From Clostridia bacterium (lineage in GTDB: Bacteria > Bacillota > Clostridia > Oscillospirales > CAG-272), in contig JAFVVP010000001.1 in assembly GCA_017502135.1 (NCBI GenBank), forward strand, positions 544-64,543: a stretch of DNA of 64,000 nucleotides, read 5' to 3'. Position numbers and translations under genes: made by a program. Positions 45,259 through 55,039 of the stretch are shown here, in pieces; position 1 is the first letter of the stretch; each line of letters opens with the position of its first letter. A model generated the notes under the pieces. The model was not told the origin of the DNA. It worked only from the letters and a program-made list of their open reading frames with translations, and made no database searches.

Positions 45259-48200
45259 ATGAAGAAACGGATTTTGAGCATTATTTTGAGTATCGTGATG
45301 CTCGTCGGCCTGCTGCCGACAACGGCGCTGGCGCTGCCTTCCCACAGCCACTGTGTCTGCGGCGGCAGCGTGACAGTGGGCGGTCATACTCACGAAAACA
45401 TCACTTCATGGGTGGCGTGGGACGGCACAGATGCAGATGCAAACACTGCCGACATCCAGCTGCCCGGCACCAATGTGTATTTAACCAATAACGTGTCACT
45501 TAACGATGATATTGCGATCACCGGTGCGGTAAACTTCTGCTTGAACGGGTACAAGATAGAGAGCAGTGCTTCTGTTTTCTCACTCGTCAACGGCGCAGCG
45601 CTGAGTATCTGCGATTGTTCGGCGAACAAGACCGGTGAACTCTCAGGGGTTGTATATTTATATTCTTCCTCTACCGTCAACCTTTACAGCGGCACGATCA
45701 CTTCCACCAGCTATGGCATTCATAGCAATGGTAATAATTCCATTGTAAACGTCTACGACGGTGTGATTACTGCCGCTAATAACGGCATCTACAACTACGG
45801 AAAAAATTCCGTCAATATTTATGGCGGCACAATTACCACAACCGGCAGCTCTCTCGACGCTGTATGTAACACAGACGGTACTGTAACCGTCAGCGGCGGC
45901 ACGATAAATGCCGGAAACGAAGGCATCTGCAATTACACGGGCACAGTTACCATCTCCGCCGGCAGCATCAGCGGCCAATATGGTATCAACAACAACCAAG
46001 GCACCGTTACCATTTCAGACGTGGCCACTGTCAGCGGAACCACCAGCGGCATCTTGAATAGTAAAACCCTCATTGTCAGCGGCGGTACCGTCAGCGGTGG
46101 CAGCTATGGCATCCAGAACTACAGCGTTTATAACAACGCAGATAAAATTGGCACCGTTGAGCTCAGCGGTGCGCCCGTGATCACCGGCACGATGGCGGAC
46201 ATCTATCTTGTAAACAACAAGGTTATCAACATCAGCGGTGCTCTCACTTACGGGGCTGCCAATGCCATCAGCGTAAAAATGGATTCCGTGGGCACCTTCA
46301 CCACCGGCTGGACAACCAAGATGGGCGATGCAGCTTACAGTAGCTATTTCACCTCCGCGATGGGCAGCTACACCGTTCAGAAGAACAACAGCGGCGAACT
46401 GAAGCTGGCGAAGCCTCCCGCCACCATCCCCGTCACCGGCGTGGAGCTGAGCGAGAGCAGCCTTATCCTTGACGTGGGCGACAGCGAAACTCTTACCGCT
46501 ACCGTCAGCCCCAATAACGCCACCAACAAGGCTGTGACTTGGGGTTCCAATAATGAATCTGTGGCGACAGTTGCAAACGGCGTTGTCACCGCAGTAAGCG
46601 AAGGCACGGCTACCATCACCGTCACCACTGCCGACGGCAGCTTCACCGCCACCTGCACTGTGAAGGTAGTGCCCGTACACGAGCATCACAACTGCGGTGT
46701 GGCGAACTGCACCAACGCTACCCATAACCACAGCGAAGTAAACGAGTGGATCAAGCTGACGAAGGAAAATATCGGTAGTTATGTGACAAAGTCCAGCTCC
46801 TCATATATACTCACCCCCGGCAGCTACTATCTGGGTGAGGATATTACCCTCTCGGATGTTGCCAATGACTGCACATTCATTTATATGAATGCCAGCGGAA
46901 CATACAATGTCTGCCTGAATGGCAATACAATTACCGGCTCCGGAAGCGCCCAGGTGTTTAGAGCGAATGACACCAATGCGGTTTTGAGCATCTGCGACTG
47001 CAGCGAGCCTTCCACCGGCAAGATCACCGGAGGAAAAAACGGCGGCGTGTATATTGATGACGGCACTGTGAACCTCTACGGCGGCAGCATCACCGGCAAC
47101 ACCGTTTATCAACAAGGAGCCGGTGTGTATGTGTCCTCCGGCACCTTTAACATGTACGGCGGAAGCATTTCCAACAACACCTTTACATCTAGCAGCGATC
47201 GCAAAGGCGGCGGTGTGTATGTGTCCTCCGGCACCTTTAATATGTACGGCGGTACAATTTCCGACCATGTATCCTCCAATGGCGGCGGTGTGTATGTGGC
47301 CTCCGGCACCTTCAATATGTCCGGTACTGCCGCAATCTCCGGCAACAGCGCTTCCAGTCAGGGCGGCGGTGTGTATGTGTATTCCGGCACCTTCACCATG
47401 ACCGGCGGCAAGATCACCGGCAACAACGCCAATAATAATAGCGGCGGTGTGCATAACCGGGGCGGCACGTTCAATGTGTCCGGCAGCCCTGTTGTCACGG
47501 ATAATACGGTTGGCACGGCTGAAAACAATATTTACTGCGCTAATGACATCACTATCATCGGCGCGCTGACCGCGGACGCACAGATCGGCGTAAATTATTC
47601 CTCCGAAAGGATATTTACCTCCGGTTGGACCGCTGCAATGGGCGAGTCCGAAACCGATTATGAAAAGTATTTCACCAGCGACAACTCCGGTTTTGAAATC
47701 GTTAAGAACGACAGCGGTGAACTGGAACTGAAGAAGCCTACCATTCCTGTCACCGACGTGGTGCTGGATAAGAGCAGCATCACCCTGGATGTGAACGGAA
47801 CTGCAGAACTTGCAGCAACCGTCCTTCCCGATGATGCCACGGATAAGACCGTGAGCTGGACTTCCTCTGATCCAACCGTGGCGAAGGTGGAAAACGGCAA
47901 GGTAACTGCCAAAAAGCCGGGTACGGCTACCATCACGGTCACGACCAATGACGGCAGCTTCACCGATACCTGCACCGTGACGGTCAATAAGATCGCCATC
48001 ACCGGTACGATTGTTGTCACCACAGTGACCGAGCCCAAGGTTGGAGAAACCTATTCCCCCAATGTTAACGTTTCTACAGACCTCACAACAGGTTATTATT
48101 CGATGTCTGCAAGCGACTTTTCTCCTTCCGCATCGAGTGATCCGGTCAAGGCTGGCACGGCCTATACACTGAGTGTTACTTTCCAACCGTCTAGTGGATA

Positions 48201-51200
48201 TTTCTTTGGTGAGAACATTCAAGCAACCTTCAATGGTGAAGCCGTAGAGATTACCCGCTTGGATATAGGCGGAACGATCTATCTTCAGATCGAGCACACC
48301 TATTCCTTCCCTGCCGCCGTGCCCAACAGCGTTGATATCCTCCGGAACGGAGCTCCTGCTGACACGGCATCCATCCTCCTGCCCGGCATCAATGAGAATG
48401 CTGCCACGATGGACTTTACCGCAAAGACTCTTGACCAGTACGGCCAGGAAATGACCGGTCAGACAGTCGCGTGGAGCATCACCGGCACCGACACCACCGG
48501 CATTTCTGTAACGGGCGGCGTGCTCACCGTCACCAAAGATGCCGCAGTGGGCAACTACACCCTCACCGCGACCTGCGATGGCAAGTCCGACAGCATTACG
48601 ATAAAGGTTGAAAAGGCGGAATCCGTCCTGACTACTGTTAAAATCTTCGATGGTGGTGGTGCGGGCAATGAGATCACAACGATTGACCGCACAATTCCTA
48701 ATGTGGGAAGCACACTTTACATCAACTCGGCAGCCAAAGGCTACGATCAGTACGGTGAACTAATGATCGGGCTGACGTTCACCTGGAGCAATACCAATAC
48801 AGACTCTGAGATAAGTCTTGTTGATGGCCATGTGACAATTGGCTCCGGTGCGCATGAAGGAAACTTTACTTACACAGCCTCCTGCAACGGCAAGAGCGCA
48901 ACGGTCACAGTGAACCTTACGAAAAAAATATACACCGTAACCTACACAGACAATGTTGCGAATGAAACTGTATTTGCTGATGTGTCTGAAACAGTACAGT
49001 CCGGTGGAACAGCACCGGCCTACCCCAATGGCACACCTTCAAGAACCGGCTATACCTTTGACGGTTGGTATACCAGCACGGATGGCGGCGCGACACTTTC
49101 TGCTTCGGCGTATGATTTTGATACTCCCGTGACCGGCAATCTGACGCTGTATGCAAAATGGACGCGTCAGGTATATACCATCAAGTTCGTGGACGAAGAT
49201 GGCACAGAGCTGCAGAGCAGCGAGGTTGCCTATGGTGAAACTCCCGTTTACAACGGTTCAACCCCCACCAAGGCCGCAACGGCTCAGTACACCTACACTT
49301 TCGCAGGCTGGACGCCTGAAATCGCTGCTGTCACCGGCGAAGCCACCTACACGGCCACCTACACCAGTACTGTCAACAAGTACACCATCAAGTTTGTAGA
49401 CGAAGATGGCACAGAGCTGCAGAGCGGCGAGGTTGCCTATGGTGAAACTCCCGTTTACAACGGTTCAACCCCCACCAAGGCCGCAACGGCTCAGTACACC
49501 TACACTTTCGCAGGCTGGACGCCTGAAATCGCTGCTGTTACCGGCGAAGCCACCTACACGGCCACCTACACCAGTACTGTCAACGAGTACACCGTCATCT
49601 TTGCAGATTGGAACGGTACGGAGCTTGACCGTCAGACAGTAGCCTACGGAAACGCAGCAACGACTCCCACTGCCCCCACCCGTACCGGCCATACCTTTAC
49701 CGGATGGGATAAGGCATTCGACGAGATTGTTGCGGATCTGACCGTTACGGCGCAGTACCGCATCAATCAGTACACCATCACATTTGATACCAATGGCGGT
49801 TCTGCTGTTGATTCCATCACGCAGGATTACAACACGGATGTTACAGCTCCTGCCGATCCCACCAAGATAGGATACGACTTTGGCGGCTGGCTGAAAGACG
49901 GAGATGACTTCACGTTTAACAGCTACAAGATGGGCGCAGAGAACTTTACGCTTATCGCAAAGTGGAATCCTGCCAATGGAACTGCCTACATGGTGAATCA
50001 TCATTTCCAGAATGTTGAAAACGATGAATACACCGTAGAACCCGAAACCAAACACGGCTATACCGACTCCGATACTGCGGCAGAATCCAAGTCCATTACC
50101 GGTTTTACCGCAGGCGTAGTCACCCAAAAGAAAATCGCTCCCGATGGTACTACTGTCATTGATATCTATTACACGCGCAACGTCCACACCCTGACCTTCA
50201 AGCCCGAAAACGGCGAGGAAAATATTGTTTCCGAGGTAAAATTCGGCGCAGCGATCACTACACCCGACGCTCCTGCAAAGACAGGATATACTTTCAAGGG
50301 TTGGGGTGAGGTTGCAGCAACAATGCCCGATGCAGATGTGACATATACTGCAGGCTGGACAATCAATCAGTACACCATCACGTTCAATTCCAACGGCGGT
50401 TCTGCTGTACCGGAGATCACGCAGGACTACAACACTGCTGTTGTGCAGCCTGAAAATCCCACCAAGACCGGATATGACTTCGGCGGTTGGTATGAAGATG
50501 CAGAGCTGACTACAGCGTATGTATTCAGCACCATGCCTGCAGAAAATATCACCGTATATGCCAAGTGGAATCCCGCAAACGGTATTGCCTACACGGTGAA
50601 GCACTACCATGAGGACGTTTCCGGCGATGGCTATACTCTGTATGAAACTGAAACTCTGCGCGGCACCACCAATGCACAGACCGCAGCAGAAGCAAAGAAT
50701 TATCCCGGCTTCACCGCACAGACGTTTGAGCAGACCACCATTCTCCCCGACGGCAGCGCAGTTGTGGAAATCAAGTATGACCGGAATATCTACTCGGTCA
50801 CACTTGTTACCAACGGCGGTACTGTCCGTGATGGCGATATTACCGAGTACACCTACGGTGTCGGCGCAAAACTCCCCACCGATGTCACAAGAAGCGGATA
50901 CCGGTTCGGCGGTTGGTATGATAACGAAGCCTGCAAGGGTACTCCTGTAACTGAGATCACAGCAACGGACATTGGCGACAAGACGTTCTATGCAAAGTGG
51001 GAGTACATCTACATCCCGATCATCACGCCTACCTATGATGTGGAGATCGCAGATGACATCACCGGCGGCGACGTGAGTGCAAGCAAGAAGCTGGCGTACA
51101 GAGGCGACACGATCACGATCACAGTTGTGCCCGATGCCGGTTACGAGCTTACAAAGTTGACCGTAACAGACAGCCGCGGCAATGCGGTTTCCGTGACCAA

Positions 51201-51882
51201 GGTAACCGACATCAAGTACACATTCAAGATGCCCGGTTATGATGTTGAGATCGACGCAGTGTTTGCAAAGATCGATACTACTTGCCCGCGCGACTGGACT
51301 TGCCCGATGTACGGCTACACTGATTTGGATAGAACGCTGTGGTATCACGATGGCATCCACTACTGCATTGAGCACGGTTTGATGGTTGGCACTGGCACGA
51401 ATATCTTTGAGCCGAATATCGCAACAAGCCGTGCCATGATCGTCACGATCCTATGGCGTCTGGAGGGCAGCCCCGTTGTGAACTACGCAATGGACTTTGA
51501 GGATGTTGCAGCCGGTCAGTGGTACACCGAAGCCATCCGCTGGGCAGCAAGCGAGAAGATCGTGGAAGGCTACGGCAACGGCAAGTTCGGTGCGAATGAC
51601 GCCATCACCCGTGAGCAGATGGTGACCATCATGTGGCGCTACGCCAAGTACAAGGGCTACGACGTTTCCGTTGGTGAGAACACCAACATTCTCTCCTACG
51701 ACGATGCCTTCGATGTGGCTGACTGGGCAATCCCCGCTATGCAGTGGGCTTGCGGCGAAAGTCTGGTTCAGGGCATTGCCGATGGCAGTAAGATGAACCT
51801 TGCTCCCCAGGGCAATGCAACCCGCGCACAGGCCGCAGCCATCCTGCAACGCTTCATCGAAAATGTCGTGAACGGGAAATAA
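45259..51882 (+). CDS. Giant (2207-aa) SLH-anchored cell-surface protein: two beta-helix modules, Big_2 domains, Listeria-Bacteroides-type repeats and three SLH domains
   Basis: Signal peptide MKKRILSIILSIVMLVGLLPTTALA. Big_2 blocks (VTGVELSESSL..TATVSP.NATNKAVTWGS). Many TGYTFDGWY...LYAKW repeats. C-terminal SLH (FEDVAAGQWYTEAIRWAA.., ITREQMVTIMWRY). Confidence 0.95.
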   Translation: MKKRILSIILSIVMLVGLLPTTALALPSHSHCVCGGSVTVGGHTHENITSWVAWDGTDADANTADIQLPGTNVYLTNNVSLNDDIAITGAVNFCLNGYKIESSASVFSLVNGAALSICDCSANKTGELSGVVYLYSSSTVNLYSGTITSTSYGIHSNGNNSIVNVYDGVITAANNGIYNYGKNSVNIYGGTITTTGSSLDAVCNTDGTVTVSGGTINAGNEGICNYTGTVTISAGSISGQYGINNNQGTVTISDVATVSGTTSGILNSKTLIVSGGTVSGGSYGIQNYSVYNNADKIGTVELSGAPVITGTMADIYLVNNKVINISGALTYGAANAISVKMDSVGTFTTGWTTKMGDAAYSSYFTSAMGSYTVQKNNSGELKLAKPPATIPVTGVELSESSLILDVGDSETLTATVSPNNATNKAVTWGSNNESVATVANGVVTAVSEGTATITVTTADGSFTATCTVKVVPVHEHHNCGVANCTNATHNHSEVNEWIKLTKENIGSYVTKSSSSYILTPGSYYLGEDITLSDVANDCTFIYMNASGTYNVCLNGNTITGSGSAQVFRANDTNAVLSICDCSEPSTGKITGGKNGGVYIDDGTVNLYGGSITGNTVYQQGAGVYVSSGTFNMYGGSISNNTFTSSSDRKGGGVYVSSGTFNMYGGTISDHVSSNGGGVYVASGTFNMSGTAAISGNSASSQGGGVYVYSGTFTMTGGKITGNNANNNSGGVHNRGGTFNVSGSPVVTDNTVGTAENNIYCANDITIIGALTADAQIGVNYSSERIFTSGWTAAMGESETDYEKYFTSDNSGFEIVKNDSGELELKKPTIPVTDVVLDKSSITLDVNGTAELAATVLPDDATDKTVSWTSSDPTVAKVENGKVTAKKPGTATITVTTNDGSFTDTCTVTVNKIAITGTIVVTTVTEPKVGETYSPNVNVSTDLTTGYYSMSASDFSPSASSDPVKAGTAYTLSVTFQPSSGYFFGENIQATFNGEAVEITRLDIGGTIYLQIEHTYSFPAAVPNSVDILRNGAPADTASILLPGINENAATMDFTAKTLDQYGQEMTGQTVAWSITGTDTTGISVTGGVLTVTKDAAVGNYTLTATCDGKSDSITIKVEKAESVLTTVKIFDGGGAGNEITTIDRTIPNVGSTLYINSAAKGYDQYGELMIGLTFTWSNTNTDSEISLVDGHVTIGSGAHEGNFTYTASCNGKSATVTVNLTKKIYTVTYTDNVANETVFADVSETVQSGGTAPAYPNGTPSRTGYTFDGWYTSTDGGATLSASAYDFDTPVTGNLTLYAKWTRQVYTIKFVDEDGTELQSSEVAYGETPVYNGSTPTKAATAQYTYTFAGWTPEIAAVTGEATYTATYTSTVNKYTIKFVDEDGTELQSGEVAYGETPVYNGSTPTKAATAQYTYTFAGWTPEIAAVTGEATYTATYTSTVNEYTVIFADWNGTELDRQTVAYGNAATTPTAPTRTGHTFTGWDKAFDEIVADLTVTAQYRINQYTITFDTNGGSAVDSITQDYNTDVTAPADPTKIGYDFGGWLKDGDDFTFNSYKMGAENFTLIAKWNPANGTAYMVNHHFQNVENDEYTVEPETKHGYTDSDTAAESKSITGFTAGVVTQKKIAPDGTTVIDIYYTRNVHTLTFKPENGEENIVSEVKFGAAITTPDAPAKTGYTFKGWGEVAATMPDADVTYTAGWTINQYTITFNSNGGSAVPEITQDYNTAVVQPENPTKTGYDFGGWYEDAELTTAYVFSTMPAENITVYAKWNPANGIAYTVKHYHEDVSGDGYTLYETETLRGTTNAQTAAEAKNYPGFTAQTFEQTTILPDGSAVVEIKYDRNIYSVTLVTNGGTVRDGDITEYTYGVGAKLPTDVTRSGYRFGGWYDNEACKGTPVTEITATDIGDKTFYAKWEYIYIPIITPTYDVEIADDITGGDVSASKKLAYRGDTITITVVPDAGYELTKLTVTDSRGNAVSVTKVTDIKYTFKMPGYDVEIDAVFAKIDTTCPRDWTCPMYGYTDLDRTLWYHDGIHYCIEHGLMVGTGTNIFEPNIATSRAMIVTILWRLEGSPVVNYAMDFEDVAAGQWYTEAIRWAASEKIVEGYGNGKFGANDAITREQMVTIMWRYAKYKGYDVSVGENTNILSYDDAFDVADWAIPAMQWACGESLVQGIADGSKMNLAPQGNATRAQAAAILQRFIENVVNGK
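49174..49587 (+). repeat. Near-identical 2 x 207-bp tandem duplication inside the giant gene
   Basis: 49174-49380 versus 49381-49587 differ at only a handful of bases. They encode YTIKFVDEDGTELQS(S/G)EVAYGETPVYNGSTPTKAATAQYTYTFAGWTPEIAAVTGEATYTATYTSTVN twice. Confidence 0.9.
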
Positions 51883-51897
51883 CGCATAATTCCAAAA

Positions 51898-51927
51898 GGC
51901 ACAGACGGAGAAGATTCCGTCTGTGCC
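51898..51927 (+). terminator. Terminator of the giant surface-protein gene
   Basis: GGCACAGACGG-agaagatt-CCGTCTGTGCC followed by TTTCC. Confidence 0.7.
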
Positions 51928-52440
51928 TTTCCTCGTAAATATCAAAAAGCGCCGGAACGGTGCGCAGCCATATTTCCACGCAATCAGATTCATTGATTGC
52001 GGAGAAATTGTTAAAGAGTTTGGGATGTTGCTGGGCAAGGAAAACGGAGTTTTCGCCTGTGTGTATATACACAGGCATTGCTTGCGGGTATTGTAAAATG
52101 GCCGCAAGCGCATCGAGGCGCCCCGATGCATTGCTTGCCAAGTATGAAATCTATATTTTCGTACTTCGGCAAGCTGCATATTTCTCCCAAAATGGATAAA
52201 GGTGGGCAAGCACTTCTGTGCCTTGCCCACCTTGTCTGCCACATAGCGAAACTGCCGGGCGCTGCGGGTGGCGGCGAAGCCGTTCATCTTGACCATTAAC
52301 TGTGTCCGGCAGATTTGCTACTCACTTTCGGTTATGCGCTTAAATTGTAAATTCCTTTTGAATTATGTAAATTTGCCGTTGAGTAATTGAGACTGTTATG
52401 ATATAATAATACCAGCAGAAATGAAAAGAGGTGTACCGTA

Positions 52441-52827
52441 TTGGAATCGGAATTTGAAGTTATGAGAAAGAGAATACGGGAGCTTCGCGAGACTGCCGGT
52501 CTTTCTCAAAACAGACTTGGCAAGCTTGCAGGAATACAGCAGGCCAGCATCAATCGCTATGAACACGGACAGGCTGTTCCGTCACCAAAAGCGCTCCTGT
52601 GGTATGCGGAATACTTCGATGTTTCGCTGGATTACCTTTTCGGCAGAACAGACAGCCCTCACGGTATTCGGTATCCGTACAAACGAGATCATAAACCCGT
52701 TGATGAGAAAACACAGAAAGTCGTTGACCTGTGTTTTGACGAAAACTCTCCCGTCCGCGAAAAGCTGAAAGAAGCACTTGTGGGAATATTGGGAGATGCC
52801 ATGTGGGAGGAAAATGAACATGAGTGA
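52441..52827 (+). CDS. XRE-family HTH transcriptional regulator
   Basis: LRETAGLSQNRLGKLAGIQQASINRYEHG. TTG at 52441 has RBS GAGGTG 7 nt upstream (alternative ATG at 52462). Confidence 0.8.
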   Translation: MESEFEVMRKRIRELRETAGLSQNRLGKLAGIQQASINRYEHGQAVPSPKALLWYAEYFDVSLDYLFGRTDSPHGIRYPYKRDHKPVDEKTQKVVDLCFDENSPVREKLKEALVGILGDAMWEENEHE

Positions 52828-53113
52828 TCAGAAACGAAATGAAGGAATGAAGGAAGAATTAGAAAACACCCACGCTGACGATCTGGAAGAAACTGAAGAA
52901 GTCATCGTGTTCACCAAGGAAGAATTTGAAGCACTCATGGCAGAAGAAGGTATCGACGAAGAGGAAGAAGATGCAGAAGAAATTCCTGTGTTCGCTTTCA
53001 CCAATTCCGATCCGTATGCCAAGATGGAGCCCCGTCCCGATGACGCACCCAAGCGCGATGTTTCCTTTGATGAAAAGGGTAACATCGTAGTCAAAAACCC
53101 GTCAGCCTTCTGA
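52820..53113 (+). CDS. Acidic hypothetical protein, ending at a TGA that is in frame with the downstream TnpW-like segment
   Basis: RBS GGGAGG. Very acidic (EEGIDEEEEDAEE). The frame continues after the TGA at 53111-53113. Confidence 0.55.
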   Translation: MSDQKRNEGMKEELENTHADDLEETEEVIVFTKEEFEALMAEEGIDEEEEDAEEIPVFAFTNSDPYAKMEPRPDDAPKRDVSFDEKGNIVVKNPSAF

Positions 53114-53269
53114 CTCCCCGAAATTAAAATCGTGGATGAGGTCGGCGGCACGGAATACACCGTAACCGGCAGCTATGAGGGAACAGAAACCCTCAATAAA
53201 AAGCTCAAACGCATTATGGAGCATAACGCTGCCAACGACAATTCCGATATCACGGAGGATAGCGAATGA
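53114..53269 (+). CDS. TnpW-like segment (no own ATG; possible GTG at 53132), same frame as the preceding ORF
   Basis: LPEIKIVDEVGGTEYTVTGSYEGTETLNKKLKRIM resembles small transposon TnpW-type proteins. The stop overlaps the recombinase ATG (ATGA). Confidence 0.35.
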   Translation, partial: LPEIKIVDEVGGTEYTVTGSYEGTETLNKKLKRIMEHNAANDNSDITEDSE

Positions 53270-55008
53270 AAGACGAATCCTCTTTTGATATAGATAACAA
53301 AACCAACCCTGTTCAGACAGTTGCCCCTACCAACAAGGAGGAAAACGAAATGTTAGGAGCAACAGACAAAATCACAGCACTTTATTGCAGACTGTCCGTA
53401 GAGGACACGAAAGACGACAAGAAAAAAGGCAATGAAGATCCGTCGGATTCCATTCAGCATCAACAACTCATGTTAATGCAGTATGCCAAATCCAATCGCT
53501 TCCCGAATCCCACGGTTTTCATCGATGACGGCTTCTCCGGAGTAACCTATGACCGTCCCGGCTTTCAGAAAATGATGGCTGAGATTGAAGCGGGCAATGT
53601 GAGTACAGTCATTACGAAAGACTTATCCCGCCTTGGTCGTAACTCAGCACTGACGGGACTGTACATCAACTACACATTCCCGCAGTACGGTGTTCGGTAT
53701 ATCGCCGTCAACGATCACTTCGACACCATCAATCCCAACAGCACCGACAGCGATATGGCAGGTATCCGCAACTGGTTCAATGAGTTTTTTGCAAAGGATA
53801 CCAGCCGAAAAATCCGCGCGGTCAACAAGGCAAAGGGCGAACGTGGAGAACGGCTGACCGTGAATGTTCCCTATGGGTACAAAAGCGATCCCGATGATAA
53901 AACCAAGTGGATCATTGATGAAGAAGCGGCAGGCGTAGTCAAAAGAATCTTCTCCCTCTGTATGGAGGGCAAAGGACCAAGCCAGATCGCCGCACTGCTT
54001 GAAAAGGAAAAGGTACTGAACCCTACCGCATACAAACAGCGTGAGGGCAGAAAGACACCGCATCAGACACCGGAGAACGAGTACCGCTGGCATGAAAGTA
54101 CCGTTGCTTACATTCTCGAATATATGGAGTACACCGGGTGTACGGTCAATTTCAAAACCTACACCAACTCCATTTGGGACAAGAAGCAGCGTGAGACACC
54201 GGTGGAGAACCGCAAGGTCTTCTACAACACCCATCCGGCAATCATTTCTCTGGAGGTATTCGATAAGGTGCAGGAAATCCGACAGCAGCGGCATCGCAGA
54301 ACGGCAACAGGAAAGAGCAGTATGTTCTCCGGCGTGGTATTCTGTGACGACTGCAAGCAGAAACTCTACTACTCCACCACCGGCTACTTTGAGAAACGGC
54401 AGGACTTCTTCATCTGCTCCACCCATCGGGTGAACAAGGATAAGTGCAGCGGGCACTATATCCGTGAAGTTGTACTGGAACGCGAGGTCTGGAAACACGT
54501 ACAGGAAGTGATCTCGGTGGTCACCCGGTATGAAGCCTATTTCCGTTCTGAGATGGAACAGAAACTCCGGTTACAGAGCGAGGAAAAGCTGCGGGTAGCA
54601 AAGAAGCGAATGGCACAGGCTGAGAAGCGTATCGGAGAACTTGATCGGTTGTTCCTCCGCAGTTATGGGGACAATGTATCGGGCAAGATCGATGATGAAC
54701 GCTTTGCCATGATGAACCGAAACTACACGGAAGAACAGAAAAAACTCAAAGAAGAAGTCATCAGTCTGCATCAGGAAATTGAAGAACAGGAACGCAAGGC
54801 AGAAGATTTGGAACAGTTTATCCAGAGGGTAAAGAGAAACAGTGAGCTGACTGAACTCACGCCCTATGCGCTGCATGAACTTGTCAAGGCAGTCTATGTA
54901 GAAGCGCCAGATAAGTCCAGCGGCAAGAGAAAGCAGAAGATTCACATCTGCTATGATCTTGTAGGATTTATCCCCGTGGATATTCTCGCAAAAGCAGAAC
55001 AGGCATGA
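53266..55008 (+). CDS. Large serine recombinase (TnpX-like; resolvase catalytic domain, recombinase domain, zinc ribbon, coiled coil, DUF4368-like tail)
   Basis: ALYCRLSVEDT (catalytic Ser), VITKDLSRLGRN, CDDCKQKLYY...CSTH zinc ribbon, C-terminal LTELTPYALHELVKAVYVE. RBS GGAGGA. Confidence 0.92.
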   Translation: MKDESSFDIDNKTNPVQTVAPTNKEENEMLGATDKITALYCRLSVEDTKDDKKKGNEDPSDSIQHQQLMLMQYAKSNRFPNPTVFIDDGFSGVTYDRPGFQKMMAEIEAGNVSTVITKDLSRLGRNSALTGLYINYTFPQYGVRYIAVNDHFDTINPNSTDSDMAGIRNWFNEFFAKDTSRKIRAVNKAKGERGERLTVNVPYGYKSDPDDKTKWIIDEEAAGVVKRIFSLCMEGKGPSQIAALLEKEKVLNPTAYKQREGRKTPHQTPENEYRWHESTVAYILEYMEYTGCTVNFKTYTNSIWDKKQRETPVENRKVFYNTHPAIISLEVFDKVQEIRQQRHRRTATGKSSMFSGVVFCDDCKQKLYYSTTGYFEKRQDFFICSTHRVNKDKCSGHYIREVVLEREVWKHVQEVISVVTRYEAYFRSEMEQKLRLQSEEKLRVAKKRMAQAEKRIGELDRLFLRSYGDNVSGKIDDERFAMMNRNYTEEQKKLKEEVISLHQEIEEQERKAEDLEQFIQRVKRNSELTELTPYALHELVKAVYVEAPDKSSGKRKQKIHICYDLVGFIPVDILAKAEQA

Positions 55009-55026
55009 CCGTAATCATGCCTGTTC
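54997..55026. other. Perfect 12-bp hairpin GAACAGGCATGA-ccgtaa-TCATGCCTGTTC spanning the recombinase stop codon
   Basis: Exact inverted repeat about 15 nt inside the right end of the element. Confidence 0.7.
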
Positions 55027-55039
55027 TATCAAAATTCAT

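Noticed and set aside
46015-51375. Minus-strand ORFs 46015-46731, 46801-48297 and 49465-51375 (up to 636 aa)
   Set aside because: They are antisense to the 2207-aa surface-protein gene. The repetitive Gly/Thr-rich coding sequence keeps antisense frames open.
51451-52296. 281-aa minus-strand ORF and other ORFs (51854-52141 -, 51960-52199 +, 52078-52299 +) in the gap after the giant gene
   Set aside because: The long ORF runs antisense into the SLH domains. The 51.93-52.30 kb gap shows plausible-looking fragments in two minus frames, which may be a decayed gene. There is no intact frame, RBS or motif.
52346-52373. TGTAAATT repeated at a 20-bp spacing upstream of the XRE gene, as a possible operator
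   Set aside because: An 8-bp match in very AT-rich DNA is not statistically meaningful on its own.
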